DNA from: an uncultured Gammaproteobacteria bacterium
Lineage (GTDB): Bacteria > Patescibacteriota > Microgenomatia > Levybacterales > UBA12049
DNA length: 64,000 bases
Direction: 5' to 3'
Assembly (NCBI GenBank): GCA_964408485.1
Contig: CAYOZJ010000003.1
Coordinates: 65,290 to 129,289, forward strand
Position numbers and translations under genes: made by a program. The notes below the pieces were generated by a model that saw nothing but the letters and a program-made list of their open reading frames with translations, was not told the DNA's origin and made no database searches. Below, piece by piece: positions 1 to 10,358 of this stretch (position 1 is the first letter of the stretch; every line of letters starts with the position of its first letter).

Positions 1-1
1 A

Positions 2-262
2 AAAGCAGTACTTATCCCACTTCTTTTTGGACAAAAGGACGAGCAGTGGAAAAATGCAAAATTAATGGAGTCAGAAAAACTTGCAACAGTCATTCTTCAA
101 AAATCCCTTTCACCCAAAACACTTTTTCAGGCAATCCAACAAGAGCTTGCTAGAAAAGCGACAGATACAGCAAAATGGCAAATCCCTCTTATTAAAAATG
201 GGGCAGAAAACGTGGCAAAGGTGGTACTAGCATGCGTATCAACATCCCAAGCAGAAAAGTAA
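2..262 (+). CDS. murG: MurG glycosyltransferase, C-terminal fragment (runs off the window's left edge)
   Basis: Frame from position 2 reads KAVLIPLLFGQKDEQWKNAKLM...NGAENVAKVV, resembling the GT28 C-terminal 'PxILIP...EQxxNA' motif; lies upstream of ftsQ-ftsA. Confidence 0.7.
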   Translation, partial: KAVLIPLLFGQKDEQWKNAKLMESEKLATVILQKSLSPKTLFQAIQQELARKATDTAKWQIPLIKNGAENVAKVVLACVSTSQAEK

Positions 263-654
263 AATCTACTCTCCGGGCGCTTTCGCTTATGATAGCGCTT
301 TTTTTGGCAACAATTGTCGCGTGTGCTGTCTGTTTTGTTTTTTTCACTTTTTCAACAATTCGCATTATTTCTCCTCTTATGAGACTCTCCGGGGTAGTAA
401 ATAGTGACAATGCCATTGCGACTGTAAAGAATATGTGTAAAGATACTCACCTTTCCTGTGTAACAGTCGTTGCCCTTCCTGATGGATCTTTACAGATAAC
501 CTTGGATAGTGGAGCAGTTGCTATTCTCTCGACACAAAAAGACCTCAAAAAGCAACTCGCCTCTTTACAACAAGTAGCTTCCCAACTTACAATAAAAGGA
601 AAGCAACTGAAACGAGTAGACTTTCGGTTTGCTCAAGTCGTTGTTAGTTTTTAA
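232..654 (+). CDS. ftsQ: Short FtsQ/DivIB-like cell division protein
   Basis: Basic N-terminus, one TM helix, C-terminal 'KRVDFRF' like the FtsQ 'YIDLR' motif; directly before ftsA. Confidence 0.55.
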   Translation: MRINIPSRKVKSTLRALSLMIALFLATIVACAVCFVFFTFSTIRIISPLMRLSGVVNSDNAIATVKNMCKDTHLSCVTVVALPDGSLQITLDSGAVAILSTQKDLKKQLASLQQVASQLTIKGKQLKRVDFRFAQVVVSF

Positions 655-657
655 GAT

Positions 658-1929
658 ATGGCTGATGCAAAAATACTAGTAGGTGTTGATATAGGAAGTT
701 CTAAAATAGTAACGCTTATTGCAAAAGTAGATGACGAATCTGTTAATGTTTTGGGCGTATCAGAAGTAAAATCCAGCGGAATTAAAAAAGGGCAAATTGT
801 TGCCATTGAAGAGGCTGTACAAAGCATTAATGCGTCTCTAGAGTCCTCAGAGCGTATGGCAGGGTACTCCGCAAGTAAAGTTGTTGTCTCCATTGGCGGA
901 TCCCATATAGAATCCCAAAATTCACGTGGCGTTGTTGCGGTTGCTCAACCTGAAGGAGAAATAGCCCAACAAGACGTAACGCGTGTTATTGATGCAGCAA
1001 AAGCAGTAAGTTTTCCAACAAGTAGGGAAATTATTCACATTCTGCCTCGAAGCTTTATTGTTGATGGACAAGAGGGTATTAAAGCGCCTATTGGTATGAC
1101 TGGGGTTAGGCTAGAGGTAGAGACACATTTAATTACCGCTGGGACAACGAGTCTTAAGAATTTAGAAAAAGCGCTCTCTGAAGTTGGAGTAGATGTTGCG
1201 GGTATGGTATTTAATGGATACGCATCAAGTTTGGCAGTGCTCTCTGATACAGAAAAAGAATTAGGAGTTGTGTTGGTAGATATTGGAGCAGGGACAACAG
1301 ATATTGCTATTTATGTTGATGGAGCCTTAGCTCATTCGAGTGTGTTGCCAATTGGCGCGAGACATATTACCAATGATTTAGCAATTGGACTTCGCATCTC
1401 TTTGGAATCTGCAGAAAAACTCAAATTATTTTTAAGTAAGCCCAGAAGAAGATTATCAGAGGAAGATGGGTCACGAATTAGTGATGAAATGGATTTATCG
1501 AGCTTACAGCTGCCAGAAGAATTGAAAAAGGTGAGTTACAAAACACTTGTTGAAGGAATTATGCGACCACGCTTAAATGAAATATTCACTATGGTAGGAC
1601 TAGAGTTAAAGAAGTCAGGATGGGGTGGTCAAACACCGGCTGGTCTTGTTATTACCGGTGGAGGAGCCAAGACAGTTGGTATAGTAGATGCAGCAAAGCG
1701 AAGCCTTGCCATGCCGGTGAGAGTTGGCATTCCATCAGGGCTTAAGGGAATAATAGATGAGGTACAAGATCCAGCATTTTCTACAGCAGTTGGTCTTATT
1801 TTGTACGGCGCAACAGAAAGCCTCGCAACAGGTCCAGGATTTCATTTACCAATTCCCGCACTCAAGGGATTATCGTTTGGAAAATATGGAAAAAAAGTAA
1901 TTGATCTAATAAAATCCTTTATACCCTAA
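658..1929 (+). CDS. ftsA: Cell division protein FtsA
   Basis: GVDIGSSKI, VDIGAGTTD and ITGGGA actin-like ATPase motifs; amphipathic C-terminal helix. Confidence 0.97.
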   Translation: MADAKILVGVDIGSSKIVTLIAKVDDESVNVLGVSEVKSSGIKKGQIVAIEEAVQSINASLESSERMAGYSASKVVVSIGGSHIESQNSRGVVAVAQPEGEIAQQDVTRVIDAAKAVSFPTSREIIHILPRSFIVDGQEGIKAPIGMTGVRLEVETHLITAGTTSLKNLEKALSEVGVDVAGMVFNGYASSLAVLSDTEKELGVVLVDIGAGTTDIAIYVDGALAHSSVLPIGARHITNDLAIGLRISLESAEKLKLFLSKPRRRLSEEDGSRISDEMDLSSLQLPEELKKVSYKTLVEGIMRPRLNEIFTMVGLELKKSGWGGQTPAGLVITGGGAKTVGIVDAAKRSLAMPVRVGIPSGLKGIIDEVQDPAFSTAVGLILYGATESLATGPGFHLPIPALKGLSFGKYGKKVIDLIKSFIP

Positions 1930-2168
1930 TATGAAAAGATCATCACAATCTCACAGACATAGAAGAACTAATCCAACTATGTTAAAGCAATCAGAACCAC
2001 TGGGAGAAGCTAACCTGAAGTTGTAGAAGGAGCTGGGAGTTTTGTTTCGCCATTTGCTTCTCAACTAGGATGGAGTCTTATTGAAGAACATGTTCGAAAA
2101 GGCGGAACGACTAGGCTTCCTAGTGGATACGTCCTTACAAAAGAAAATCTTAGAAATAAGTAATCTTG

Positions 2169-4196
2169 TTAGGTTTTTTCTTGCTCAATTGATTCTCCAA
2201 TGTTAATTGTTTCTGTAGGTGGTTCTACTATAGCTTGATTTCGTTGCCTTCTTCTCTCAGTTTTTGCTGCCCTAATCCTTTCTGTAAGTATTTCTAATTC
2301 TTCAGGCCAACCATTTTCAGGGTTTGGAAACTCTTCCGGATGTGCTTTTACATATCGCCAATTATCACGAAGTGCACGGAACTCATGCGGTTGCGCATCG
2401 TATTCGGCTTGTGTAACTTCATCCGGATTAAGAGGCGCAGATGACGAATTACCATGTTGTATATAATCATCAATGTGATTTATTTCCTCCCTTCCTGCTA
2501 ATAGAGTGCGTGATTTTGGCGTTAGTACCCCATAAGGAACTCGATCTACACGGGATATGAAGTAATAGAGCAGATCAGGCTCCATGAGACAATAATTTTC
2601 AAGGGCTGCGGTGTTTATACTGATAATATTATATTCAGGTACGGCAGCAGCGAGAGAATATCCTAGATCCTGATAGTTAAGCGATGTAAAACTTATTTTG
2701 GGAAGGGTCAGCTCCAGATTCGTTATGTTCAAATCCTCATATCCGCTAATGACACCTTTCATTAAACCAGTTATGTAAAGACCTAACCTCTCCTTAATTA
2801 TTTGCGACAAAACTTCTCTATCCTGCAGCGCATCTTGTTGCTTCTGTGAAAGATCCTGAAACAGGTCGCTTTGATAGAGACGCTCCGGATTTCCAAAGTC
2901 CGGAAAATTATCTGTTATCCAATCTATCCAATTCTCCTGACTAAATTGATAAGGAGACTCGATGGGACTTGTTACATCAACTGCTTCATTTTCAAATATC
3001 AGGTTTGCTGTCTGTGCTGTCGCAGGAATCGTTTCCCCATCTGGGCCGATGCGCGAAGGTAGGTTTTGCCATGTAACAACAGGGACTCCGTTCTCGTCAT
3101 ATTCTATATCTGAGTTGAATTCTGCTTGCTTTTGTTTTCTTCTTTCTGCGATTGCAGCATGGATTCTTGCATTAAGCACTTGTAGTTCGGTAGGTATATC
3201 GCCTCCTGGTGAAGGAAATTCTTCTGGGTGCGTCATGACATATCTTCTTTGGTCACGAAGAGATCGCAATTCATGCAGCTGGGCATCATATTGCGCTAAA
3301 GTTGCTCCTTGTAAATTCAACTCAGCTGGTACTCCGTATTGCATGATGCAGTCAATATGATTCATTTCTTCCCGACCGAATAAGTACATAAGGTTATCCG
3401 GTGTTGTTGCATGTAGCCTTTGTCCATCATGACTAAAAAATGCCGGAATTGTGTCAACGTCTGCAAGACAAAATGCTTCAAACATTGGCGTATTAACAAC
3501 AACTATATTCGAACCAGCAATGTTAAAAACGCCCGCATAACTTGCCTTATCAAAATCCATTGGAGCAAAAACAATTTGTGCAGCAGGTAAGTTGGGGTTA
3601 GTTTTTTCTAAATCATCCCACATATCTGAAATTCCATCTGCAAGAAATGTCATATTCTGTCCCGCACGTTCTTGAAAATTAGTTTTAAGTATCAGATCAT
3701 GGATAACTGATTTTTGTTCATCTGACATACTTTGGTAAGTTTGATCTTTTTCTAAGCGCTCTTCAAGCTGGCCAAACTCTGGAATATTTTCTCCAATCCA
3801 TTGTTCCCATTGTTCAGATGACATATCATATGGTGACTCTTTTGGTACAAGTACATCAAAAGCGTGTTCTTGACCGTCTATGAGCATAATGACTCTTTCA
3901 GCAAAAGCAGTTGAAGGTACTGTTTCGCCATTTGAATCAATTTTAGAAGGCAACTCTCTCAAAACACCTATTGGTATTCCGTCTGCGTCATATCGAATTT
4001 CTGGTTGAGATGGTTGTTCTGGAGAAGTTGGTTGTTGATCATCTATTGGTAAAGATTGTTCCGGGATTTCTTTTTGAGCAAGTGGGGGAGTTTGTTTTGC
4101 AGGCTCATCAACCTTTTTAACCACACTTTGTGAGCCCTCTCCTTTTGTAGGATTTATTTCCTTTGGTATCCCTTCAGATGGTGTTCCTGGCCCCAT
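2169..4196 (-). CDS. Hypothetical protein with two tandem ~295-aa domains, each carrying a GREExNH motif (putative zincin-like metalloprotease)
   Basis: 675-aa ORF; clear internal duplication; own TGTTATACT -10 box 6 nt before the ATG. Confidence 0.75.
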   Translation of the reverse strand: MGPGTPSEGIPKEINPTKGEGSQSVVKKVDEPAKQTPPLAQKEIPEQSLPIDDQQPTSPEQPSQPEIRYDADGIPIGVLRELPSKIDSNGETVPSTAFAERVIMLIDGQEHAFDVLVPKESPYDMSSEQWEQWIGENIPEFGQLEERLEKDQTYQSMSDEQKSVIHDLILKTNFQERAGQNMTFLADGISDMWDDLEKTNPNLPAAQIVFAPMDFDKASYAGVFNIAGSNIVVVNTPMFEAFCLADVDTIPAFFSHDGQRLHATTPDNLMYLFGREEMNHIDCIMQYGVPAELNLQGATLAQYDAQLHELRSLRDQRRYVMTHPEEFPSPGGDIPTELQVLNARIHAAIAERRKQKQAEFNSDIEYDENGVPVVTWQNLPSRIGPDGETIPATAQTANLIFENEAVDVTSPIESPYQFSQENWIDWITDNFPDFGNPERLYQSDLFQDLSQKQQDALQDREVLSQIIKERLGLYITGLMKGVISGYEDLNITNLELTLPKISFTSLNYQDLGYSLAAAVPEYNIISINTAALENYCLMEPDLLYYFISRVDRVPYGVLTPKSRTLLAGREEINHIDDYIQHGNSSSAPLNPDEVTQAEYDAQPHEFRALRDNWRYVKAHPEEFPNPENGWPEELEILTERIRAAKTERRRQRNQAIVEPPTETINIGESIEQEKT

Positions 4197-4268
4197 ATAA
4201 AAAGTATAACAAATTATTGCCTAAACAACTTGCAAATCGTGTAACCATCTGCTAGGATCACAGGAGTT

Positions 4269-5426
4269 ATGCTTATCAAGCCTCAGACAAATAATTTTGC
4301 AAAAATCCGCGTTGTTGGAGTTGGTGGTGGCGGTACAAATGCCTTGGCATCAATGATTGCCTCCCAAACAATTCAAGGAGTTGATTTTATTGCTGTTAAT
4401 ACAGATGCACAGGCTCTTTTACTCAATCCTGCGGAAGCAAAAGTCCAAATTGGTGAAAAATTAACAAAGGGATTAGGAAGTGGAGGAGATCCAGAAGTTG
4501 GCAAACAAGCAGCAGAGGAGTCTATTGAAAAAATCAAAGATAGCCTTAGAGGATCTGATATGGTTTTCGTTGCTGCTGGTATGGGTGGAGGTACTGGGAC
4601 AGGCGCTGCAGCAATTATCGCAGGTGTTGCAAAAGAAATTGGTGCACTCACTATTGCTGTTGTTACTAAACCATTTGCATTCGAAGGCACACGACGCATG
4701 GTAAATGCAGAAGATGGGATCGAAGCACTAAAAGATAAAGTTGATACGCTTATTGTTATTCCAAATCAGAGAATATTGGATGTTGTAGATAAAAAGGTAA
4801 GCCTTATGGAGGCATTTCGCGTTGCCGATAGTGTGTTAACGCAGGGCGTGCAGGGAATCTCTGATTTAATTACTGTCCCTGGTCTTATTAATGTGGACTT
4901 TGCTGATGTAAGAAGTATCATGACGAATGCTGGGTCATCTCTTATGGGTATTGGTACTGGGACCGGAGAAAATAAAGCACAAGTTGCAGCACGGGCTGCA
5001 GTGAGTAGTCCATTGCTTGAAATAAATATGGAAGGTGCACGGGGAGTCTTATTTAATATTACCGGTGGACCGGATATGTCCATGACAGAAGTCGATGAAG
5101 CAGCACGAATTATTTCTGAGGCTGCAGATCCTGATGCGAATATTATTTTTGGAACAACAATTGATGAAGAATTGCGAGATACAATAAAAATTACGCTTGT
5201 TGCAACAGGATTTGATTCAACACAGCAAAAATTATCTCAATTTGTCCCTGAGTCGTCTCAGTTTGTTAAGCAGCAAGAACCTGTTGAAAAAAGCCCAGAT
5301 GAGCAAGTATTACCGATTGTTCCACAAAATATGCAAAATTCTACAGGGACAACAACTGCGTCAACAGATGACGAACCAAATGAAGATATGTGGGATATTC
5401 CCGCTTTCTTGAGACATAAGAATTAA
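4269..5426 (+). CDS. ftsZ: Cell division GTPase FtsZ
   Basis: GMGGGTGTG tubulin signature, INVDFADV, C-terminal DIPAFLR. Confidence 0.99.
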   Translation: MLIKPQTNNFAKIRVVGVGGGGTNALASMIASQTIQGVDFIAVNTDAQALLLNPAEAKVQIGEKLTKGLGSGGDPEVGKQAAEESIEKIKDSLRGSDMVFVAAGMGGGTGTGAAAIIAGVAKEIGALTIAVVTKPFAFEGTRRMVNAEDGIEALKDKVDTLIVIPNQRILDVVDKKVSLMEAFRVADSVLTQGVQGISDLITVPGLINVDFADVRSIMTNAGSSLMGIGTGTGENKAQVAARAAVSSPLLEINMEGARGVLFNITGGPDMSMTEVDEAARIISEAADPDANIIFGTTIDEELRDTIKITLVATGFDSTQQKLSQFVPESSQFVKQQEPVEKSPDEQVLPIVPQNMQNSTGTTTASTDDEPNEDMWDIPAFLRHKN

Positions 5427-7015
5427 TTTTCTAGTAATTTACAATTTTTTCCAACAATTTCCCTCGTTAATCTTTCTCGTTCTTGATTTGTAATATTTTT
5501 CAATTTTCCTGGTACAATTGCTTCCCAGGCATAAATATGAGAAATTGGAACGTGTTTGTATTCTGTGCCAATAGCATCTTTGGGATGGTCGTAGCACACT
5601 TGATTAAATAGTAAGTCTCCATCAAAGGTAAATTGGGGAATATTGTCTCCATTTGGGTCTTTTGTGAGGAGTAAAAAATGAGATCCTCCAAAAAAAGTAA
5701 TACTATTGCCAAGCCAATCATAATTTCCTCGAAAAAAGAAAACGTCATTTGCCTCTCCTCGTGGTACTTGAGAGACAATGGTTTGCAATGCCTGCTCAAC
5801 AAGTACTGTTGAGCGGTATGGTGCTTCCAGAGAGAGAATAGTATTCACTTTGTATATATTCAGCATGATAAAACAGATACATAAGAGTAATAAAATCCAC
5901 TTATTTTTAATTCTACTCAGAATATATGCAACAACAGCGATAAATCCGATTGCCGAAATATAGAGATAGTGGTGTTGTGGATCCATAGGACGTCTTGGCT
6001 CGGCAAGGAAATTGGGTAAATACAGTAAAAATGTCCACAAGATAAAAAATCCAATCACGGCAAAGGTCTGAGATTTTTTCTTAATTCCATATATAAAACT
6101 TGCTACTGCAAAAATAAATGATACTATTCCCCCAACGCCAAAAATCCTTTGATAATCAAGCGTTTCATAGATTGGCTTAGTTGCAGTCATACTGTACAGT
6201 GGATAGATAAACAAATCTGCTATTGTTGCAAAATAATTACCAATATCTTTTGTTTTGCTGAGCGCAAGCATTGGATTGATATGAAGAATTCTTAGAAAGA
6301 CGCTAACCTGTGTATCTCCAATAGGTAAAACAAAATACCATATGGTAAGAAGGGGAATACATATTGCGAGAAAGGCAAAAAGAATAATCGTGAGTTGTCT
6401 TGTTATTTTTGTTTTGTTTTTTGACTTTGGAAAGAGAAAAAGAAATAACGGAATAATAAAAAGGATTGATAGGCCTCGAGCTGGATCAAAAACAATACCA
6501 AGGACAAAAAAGATGATAAATAACCATATTCTTTTTTGCTGTCCTTTTATAGCATCTACTAAGCAAATAAGTGACAAAAGAGCAAAGATTGCAACGAAGG
6601 CAGGGACGTGGAAATTAAATGCATTTACAATATACATTCCAGCGTAGCACGTAGCGAAAAATACTCCTGCTAAAAATCCAGCTAATTTGGAATTTGTTAT
6701 TTTGTATAGTAAAACTCCGGTTAGGAATGCAGTGATTGTTTTGATAGTTATCCCTAGTAATTCCCAAAGTGTAGAATTAAGGCCAAAAAGTCGTACAAAA
6801 ACAAGTGCTTCTAGAGGAGCTGCAGGATGACGAAAATTAAAGAGTTGCGCAAAGGGGTGATACAGAGCATTCCACAAAAAAATATAATCATCTTGAAAAA
6901 AATCAAATGATAATGCTTTCCAAAATGTAAGTAAAGAAAGGAGAAAAAGAAATGAAAAAAATAACAATTGCCTTGCTAATGGATAGTTGTTGAGAAATTG
7001 ATTAAACTTTTTCAT
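5423..7015 (-). CDS. Multi-TM GT-C-fold membrane glycosyltransferase-like protein
   Basis: N-terminal TM followed by 'FFQDD', 'FRHP', many TM helices, extracytoplasmic C-terminal domain. Confidence 0.65.
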   Translation of the reverse strand: MKKFNQFLNNYPLARQLLFFSFLFLLSLLTFWKALSFDFFQDDYIFLWNALYHPFAQLFNFRHPAAPLEALVFVRLFGLNSTLWELLGITIKTITAFLTGVLLYKITNSKLAGFLAGVFFATCYAGMYIVNAFNFHVPAFVAIFALLSLICLVDAIKGQQKRIWLFIIFFVLGIVFDPARGLSILFIIPLFLFLFPKSKNKTKITRQLTIILFAFLAICIPLLTIWYFVLPIGDTQVSVFLRILHINPMLALSKTKDIGNYFATIADLFIYPLYSMTATKPIYETLDYQRIFGVGGIVSFIFAVASFIYGIKKKSQTFAVIGFFILWTFLLYLPNFLAEPRRPMDPQHHYLYISAIGFIAVVAYILSRIKNKWILLLLCICFIMLNIYKVNTILSLEAPYRSTVLVEQALQTIVSQVPRGEANDVFFFRGNYDWLGNSITFFGGSHFLLLTKDPNGDNIPQFTFDGDLLFNQVCYDHPKDAIGTEYKHVPISHIYAWEAIVPGKLKNITNQERERLTREIVGKNCKLLEN

Positions 7016-7658
7016 ACACTAAAAAACTTTGTTTGCCAAATATTCTCCAAAGAAAGGGAAGTGATAGGTATACTTTAACAAAAAAAGGAGATTTGGGAAA
7101 TTTACTCTTTGTAGTAAATGGTAAAAATCTTTCAATTTTTTTCTGTAACGCAAATCCATTCATACTGAATACTTCTGTGAGCGCTCTGTCATCAATTGGC
7201 GTAATATGGTCAAAAAACATCCAATAGTCCTTTGCACAGTAACGGATATTCGGTTGTAACACTAATACGTTTCCGCCTGGTTTTAGCAGTCTATGGAGTT
7301 CATGGATTGTTGAAAGTATTTCCTCACGAGTAATATGCTCAAAAAAATTACTAATAAATATTTTGTCGACTGAATTATTTTTGAGAGGTATTTTACTTGA
7401 AGAAGACTTTAAAAATTGTACGTTGTTATCTAAATATTTTTTAGAATCTGGATTTATATCGCACGCTAATTTTTTCTTGCAGGAAATATTGTTAATAAAT
7501 TCACCATACCCCGTTGCAACATCGAGAACTATATCCTGAGTATTAATATATTTCTGAAAAAAATTAGAGCAAAGTACTTTCCACAGTGCATTTCTTTGTG
7601 CGTGATCTCTGTCAAAGCGCTGTGCATATAATTTTTTTTCAATTGGTGGCTTGTTCAT
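7002..7658 (-). CDS. Class I SAM-dependent methyltransferase
   Basis: VLDVATGYG motif I, FFEH, LLKPGG. Confidence 0.9.
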   Translation of the reverse strand: MNKPPIEKKLYAQRFDRDHAQRNALWKVLCSNFFQKYINTQDIVLDVATGYGEFINNISCKKKLACDINPDSKKYLDNNVQFLKSSSSKIPLKNNSVDKIFISNFFEHITREEILSTIHELHRLLKPGGNVLVLQPNIRYCAKDYWMFFDHITPIDDRALTEVFSMNGFALQKKIERFLPFTTKSKFPKSPFFVKVYLSLPFLWRIFGKQSFLVYEKV

Positions 7659-7704
7659 GTAACTTTCTGATTGTAGCTATTGGGTAAAGAATTTACCAGA
7701 TGCT

Positions 7705-8280
7705 TTAGTGCATAAAGCTATGGAAAAAAAGAAGCAGATGATTATAATTTCTGTAGATAATATATCCTGTTAGTAAAATAAGTCCTGGAAATAAAACATA
7801 CTTCTCCAAAAACCCTCCTGTTTTTATCCGAAATGCAGTAATCGGCGGTAATCCAAATTTAAATGGAATGGGAAAAAGCCAGGGTACTCCTTCCCTAGTG
7901 AAGCTATCCATAATCAAATGAGAAATATACCCAATCATAAATGCCCACCAGACAATATTCATATTAGTAAGAAGAGATTTACTCATAAGTACCAGGATAA
8001 AGTGTGCGAGAAAGCCAAACAAAACAATGCCAATAATTGAATGCGAAATAAATCGATGCCCTCCCATAAGTGGAGTAAAAAGTCTACTGTAAAATGTTCC
8101 ACCAGGCAATTTATGCCACAGGTCTGCTGTTGGCTGGTCGATGTCTGGAGTAAGTCCGCCAATAAGATTGGCAGTAAAAGCGCAGAGTGCTGTTGCCAGA
8201 CTCATATGAATAATAGGAGATGCAGCAACAATATAGGTAAGTGCAGAAAATGCAGCTAAATCATGAGTACGTCCAGTCAT
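7705..8280 (-). CDS. YdjM-family inner-membrane metal-dependent hydrolase
   Basis: MTGRTH, PDID, HRFISHS, SHLIMD motifs. Confidence 0.88.
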   Translation of the reverse strand: MTGRTHDLAAFSALTYIVAASPIIHMSLATALCAFTANLIGGLTPDIDQPTADLWHKLPGGTFYSRLFTPLMGGHRFISHSIIGIVLFGFLAHFILVLMSKSLLTNMNIVWWAFMIGYISHLIMDSFTREGVPWLFPIPFKFGLPPITAFRIKTGGFLEKYVLFPGLILLTGYIIYRNYNHLLLFFHSFMH

Positions 8281-8307
8281 GAAATAAGTGTAGCAAAAAT
8301 GAAGAAA

Positions 8308-8745
8308 TTATTCGCCTTGATTCGTGGGTTCTGTTGGTGTTGGAGGTTCTGGTTGTCTGTTGCGAGAATATGGACCAAGTTCCCAACGCGATAATAATCT
8401 ATCTCCTGTTCTGCGAGCTGTATCTTGAGCTGTTGTAGCCAATGCTTCTGCTCTTTGTGGAACTTCATCTAAAAATTCTTGTGCTCTTTGTGCGCCTTCT
8501 GTTAATGCTGCTTGACCAGTTTGAGCTAGTTGTTGAACCTTTTCGGTTGTCGCATCTTTAAGTCTTTCAGCTTGATCTGCTGTGTGTGCACCTAAATTGT
8601 GAGCAAGTTGTTGAGAACTGTTAACTTCAGGATGACGCTTTCTTGTTAGAAGACCTGCAGCAAAATGTATTCCATGTTCTACTACTTTCTGTACTACTAC
8701 CTCCCATGCTACTCCTTTTTCTCGTTGGGGTCCTCTTTGTGCCAT
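8308..8745 (-). CDS. Hypothetical protein with amphipathic helical (LEA/apolipoprotein-like) segment
   Basis: 145-aa ORF rich in A/Q/E/T; -10-like box upstream. Confidence 0.55.
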   Translation of the reverse strand: MAQRGPQREKGVAWEVVVQKVVEHGIHFAAGLLTRKRHPEVNSSQQLAHNLGAHTADQAERLKDATTEKVQQLAQTGQAALTEGAQRAQEFLDEVPQRAEALATTAQDTARRTGDRLLSRWELGPYSRNRQPEPPTPTEPTNQGE

Positions 8746-8789
8746 ATGCTCGCACTATAGTCCTAGCTGAATTTTTTGTCAATGAGAAA

Positions 8790-9437
8790 TTAAAATTCTG
8801 TAGAAAGAGGAATAACTGCTTTGCTTGGAATTTCTACCCAATAGGACTGTGTGTTACTGTTGGGTGTTTTGGAATTAACTATAAGTAATGTCTCGGACGC
8901 CCACCCTGTTGTTGTGTCGTAGGTATTTCCCGTTGTGCGGGCAGTAAAAATATCTTTGACATTAAAATATTGGGAATTATCGCCTACTTGCTGTCCATCT
9001 GCGCGAAATACAAGCGGTTCGGTGTTGTTACTGGATACATGATCAATAAAAAGATATTTATCATCTGGTGAAAAAGTATTAAAGGGGATGCTCATATTCT
9101 CATCTGTTGGTAAATTCACCGAATAAATTTGTACAGAATTTGATCCATCTTCATTAGTGGTTGTAAAAGTATATGTTTTGTCGCTTGCTCGAGTCGTGAC
9201 AGTCATTGTTACCTTTTTAAGACCATTTGGAGCAACTTGAGAAAAATTTGCAACTTTTGATACCGGCGTAGGAGTTGCTGTTGGTGTTGGACTAACAAAT
9301 GGCGCAACAACAGGTAAATTAAATACAGTCCTAACCTTCGGTCCGTTATGGAAATACGTTGCCGCAATAACACCAGCAACTGCGGCAAAGGCAAAAAGGA
9401 CTAATGATTCTAATTCAAATGTATGTGCTCGTGTCAT
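8790..9437 (-). CDS. Membrane-anchored hypothetical protein (TM, Pro/Thr linker, beta-rich domain)
   Basis: N-terminal TM, SPTPTATPTP linker, FSPDDKY propeller-like motif. Confidence 0.7.
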   Translation of the reverse strand: MTRAHTFELESLVLFAFAAVAGVIAATYFHNGPKVRTVFNLPVVAPFVSPTPTATPTPVSKVANFSQVAPNGLKKVTMTVTTRASDKTYTFTTTNEDGSNSVQIYSVNLPTDENMSIPFNTFSPDDKYLFIDHVSSNNTEPLVFRADGQQVGDNSQYFNVKDIFTARTTGNTYDTTTGWASETLLIVNSKTPNSNTQSYWVEIPSKAVIPLSTEF

Positions 9438-9444
9438 AGGGTTG

Positions 9445-10173
9445 CTAATTAACCGGATTATTCTGTATACACTGGTTACTACTCGTTATTTGGTCACAAA
9501 TACTAACTGCTGTCCCTAATTTATTTCCCACAGGTCCGTCTGCCCAATCAAAGACTGTCTTTGCATCGACCTGTCGCATATTCACACATCCATGAGACAT
9601 GACATGTCCAAAATTGTCATGCCAATATGCACCGTGTAATCCAAAGTCATGATAAAAGTACATAACATACGGGACATTGGGTAAATCATACGCATCAGCT
9701 CCTTCTCCTCCAGCCATACGCGTTGAAACAAGCTTTTCCCAAATATGAAAATTACCAGTTGGGGTTTTGTTCCATTTTCCTGTTGATACAAGTGTTTTGA
9801 AAAAAAGCGTTGTGCCTTGGTAGGCATAAAGCGTTTGTGCTGCTAAATCAACATAAATATGCTTTTCTCCTGACGCTGCACCCAAGACCGGTTGGTAGGC
9901 AATTTGTTGTGTCTCATCTATTTTTGGTGGAATCACTTTTTTCCCCTGAAACATACCAATAGCATTATTTTCTATTTTTACAGACAAATCTGATGTACAG
10001 GATTTTGAGTTAGCACAGGTTGTATTTTGTGCTGCATTCAGGAAATACGAGGTACCAGCAAAGAAAAGAAGAGCAATGCTAAAAAATAAAAAATATCTTG
10101 TTATCAAAAAGAAAAATCCTCGCCTTTTATTACTTGGTGTCTTTATAGAACCTTTCCTTGACTTTTTTAGCAT
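9445..10173 (-). CDS. L,D-transpeptidase (YkuD domain)
   Basis: IYVDLAAQTL, VSTG..TPTG, GLHG...SHGCVN catalytic motif; start refined to ATG 10173. Confidence 0.93.
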   Translation of the reverse strand: MLKKSRKGSIKTPSNKRRGFFFLITRYFLFFSIALLFFAGTSYFLNAAQNTTCANSKSCTSDLSVKIENNAIGMFQGKKVIPPKIDETQQIAYQPVLGAASGEKHIYVDLAAQTLYAYQGTTLFFKTLVSTGKWNKTPTGNFHIWEKLVSTRMAGGEGADAYDLPNVPYVMYFYHDFGLHGAYWHDNFGHVMSHGCVNMRQVDAKTVFDWADGPVGNKLGTAVSICDQITSSNQCIQNNPVN

Positions 10174-10246
10174 ATATCCAGCGTATGAAGAATAGTGCAA
10201 ATTTGCAAGAGGGAGTTCCGGATCTGTACCATCAAGACAAGAAACT

Positions 10247-10330
10247 TGTCATTCTGGCACTCGATTCAGTACTTGCTTCGCCGAAGCGGCGCTTTCCAGA
10301 ATCTGGATTCCTGCCTTCGCAGGAATGACA
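10247..10330. repeat. YGTC-tagged REP doublet containing a nested 35-nt hairpin cassette
   Basis: TGTCATTCTGG-[cassette]-CCAGAATCT followed by GGATTCCTGCCTTCGCAGGAATGACA. Confidence 0.85.
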
Positions 10331-10358
10331 CTTGTTTTTCAAGGGATAAGTTCCGGAG

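Noticed and set aside
2871-3360. Antisense ORFs inside the 675-aa gene, and similar shadow ORFs over ftsZ, prs, ileS, dus and atp genes
   Set aside because: Opposite-strand or off-frame shadows of well-supported genes, with no motifs
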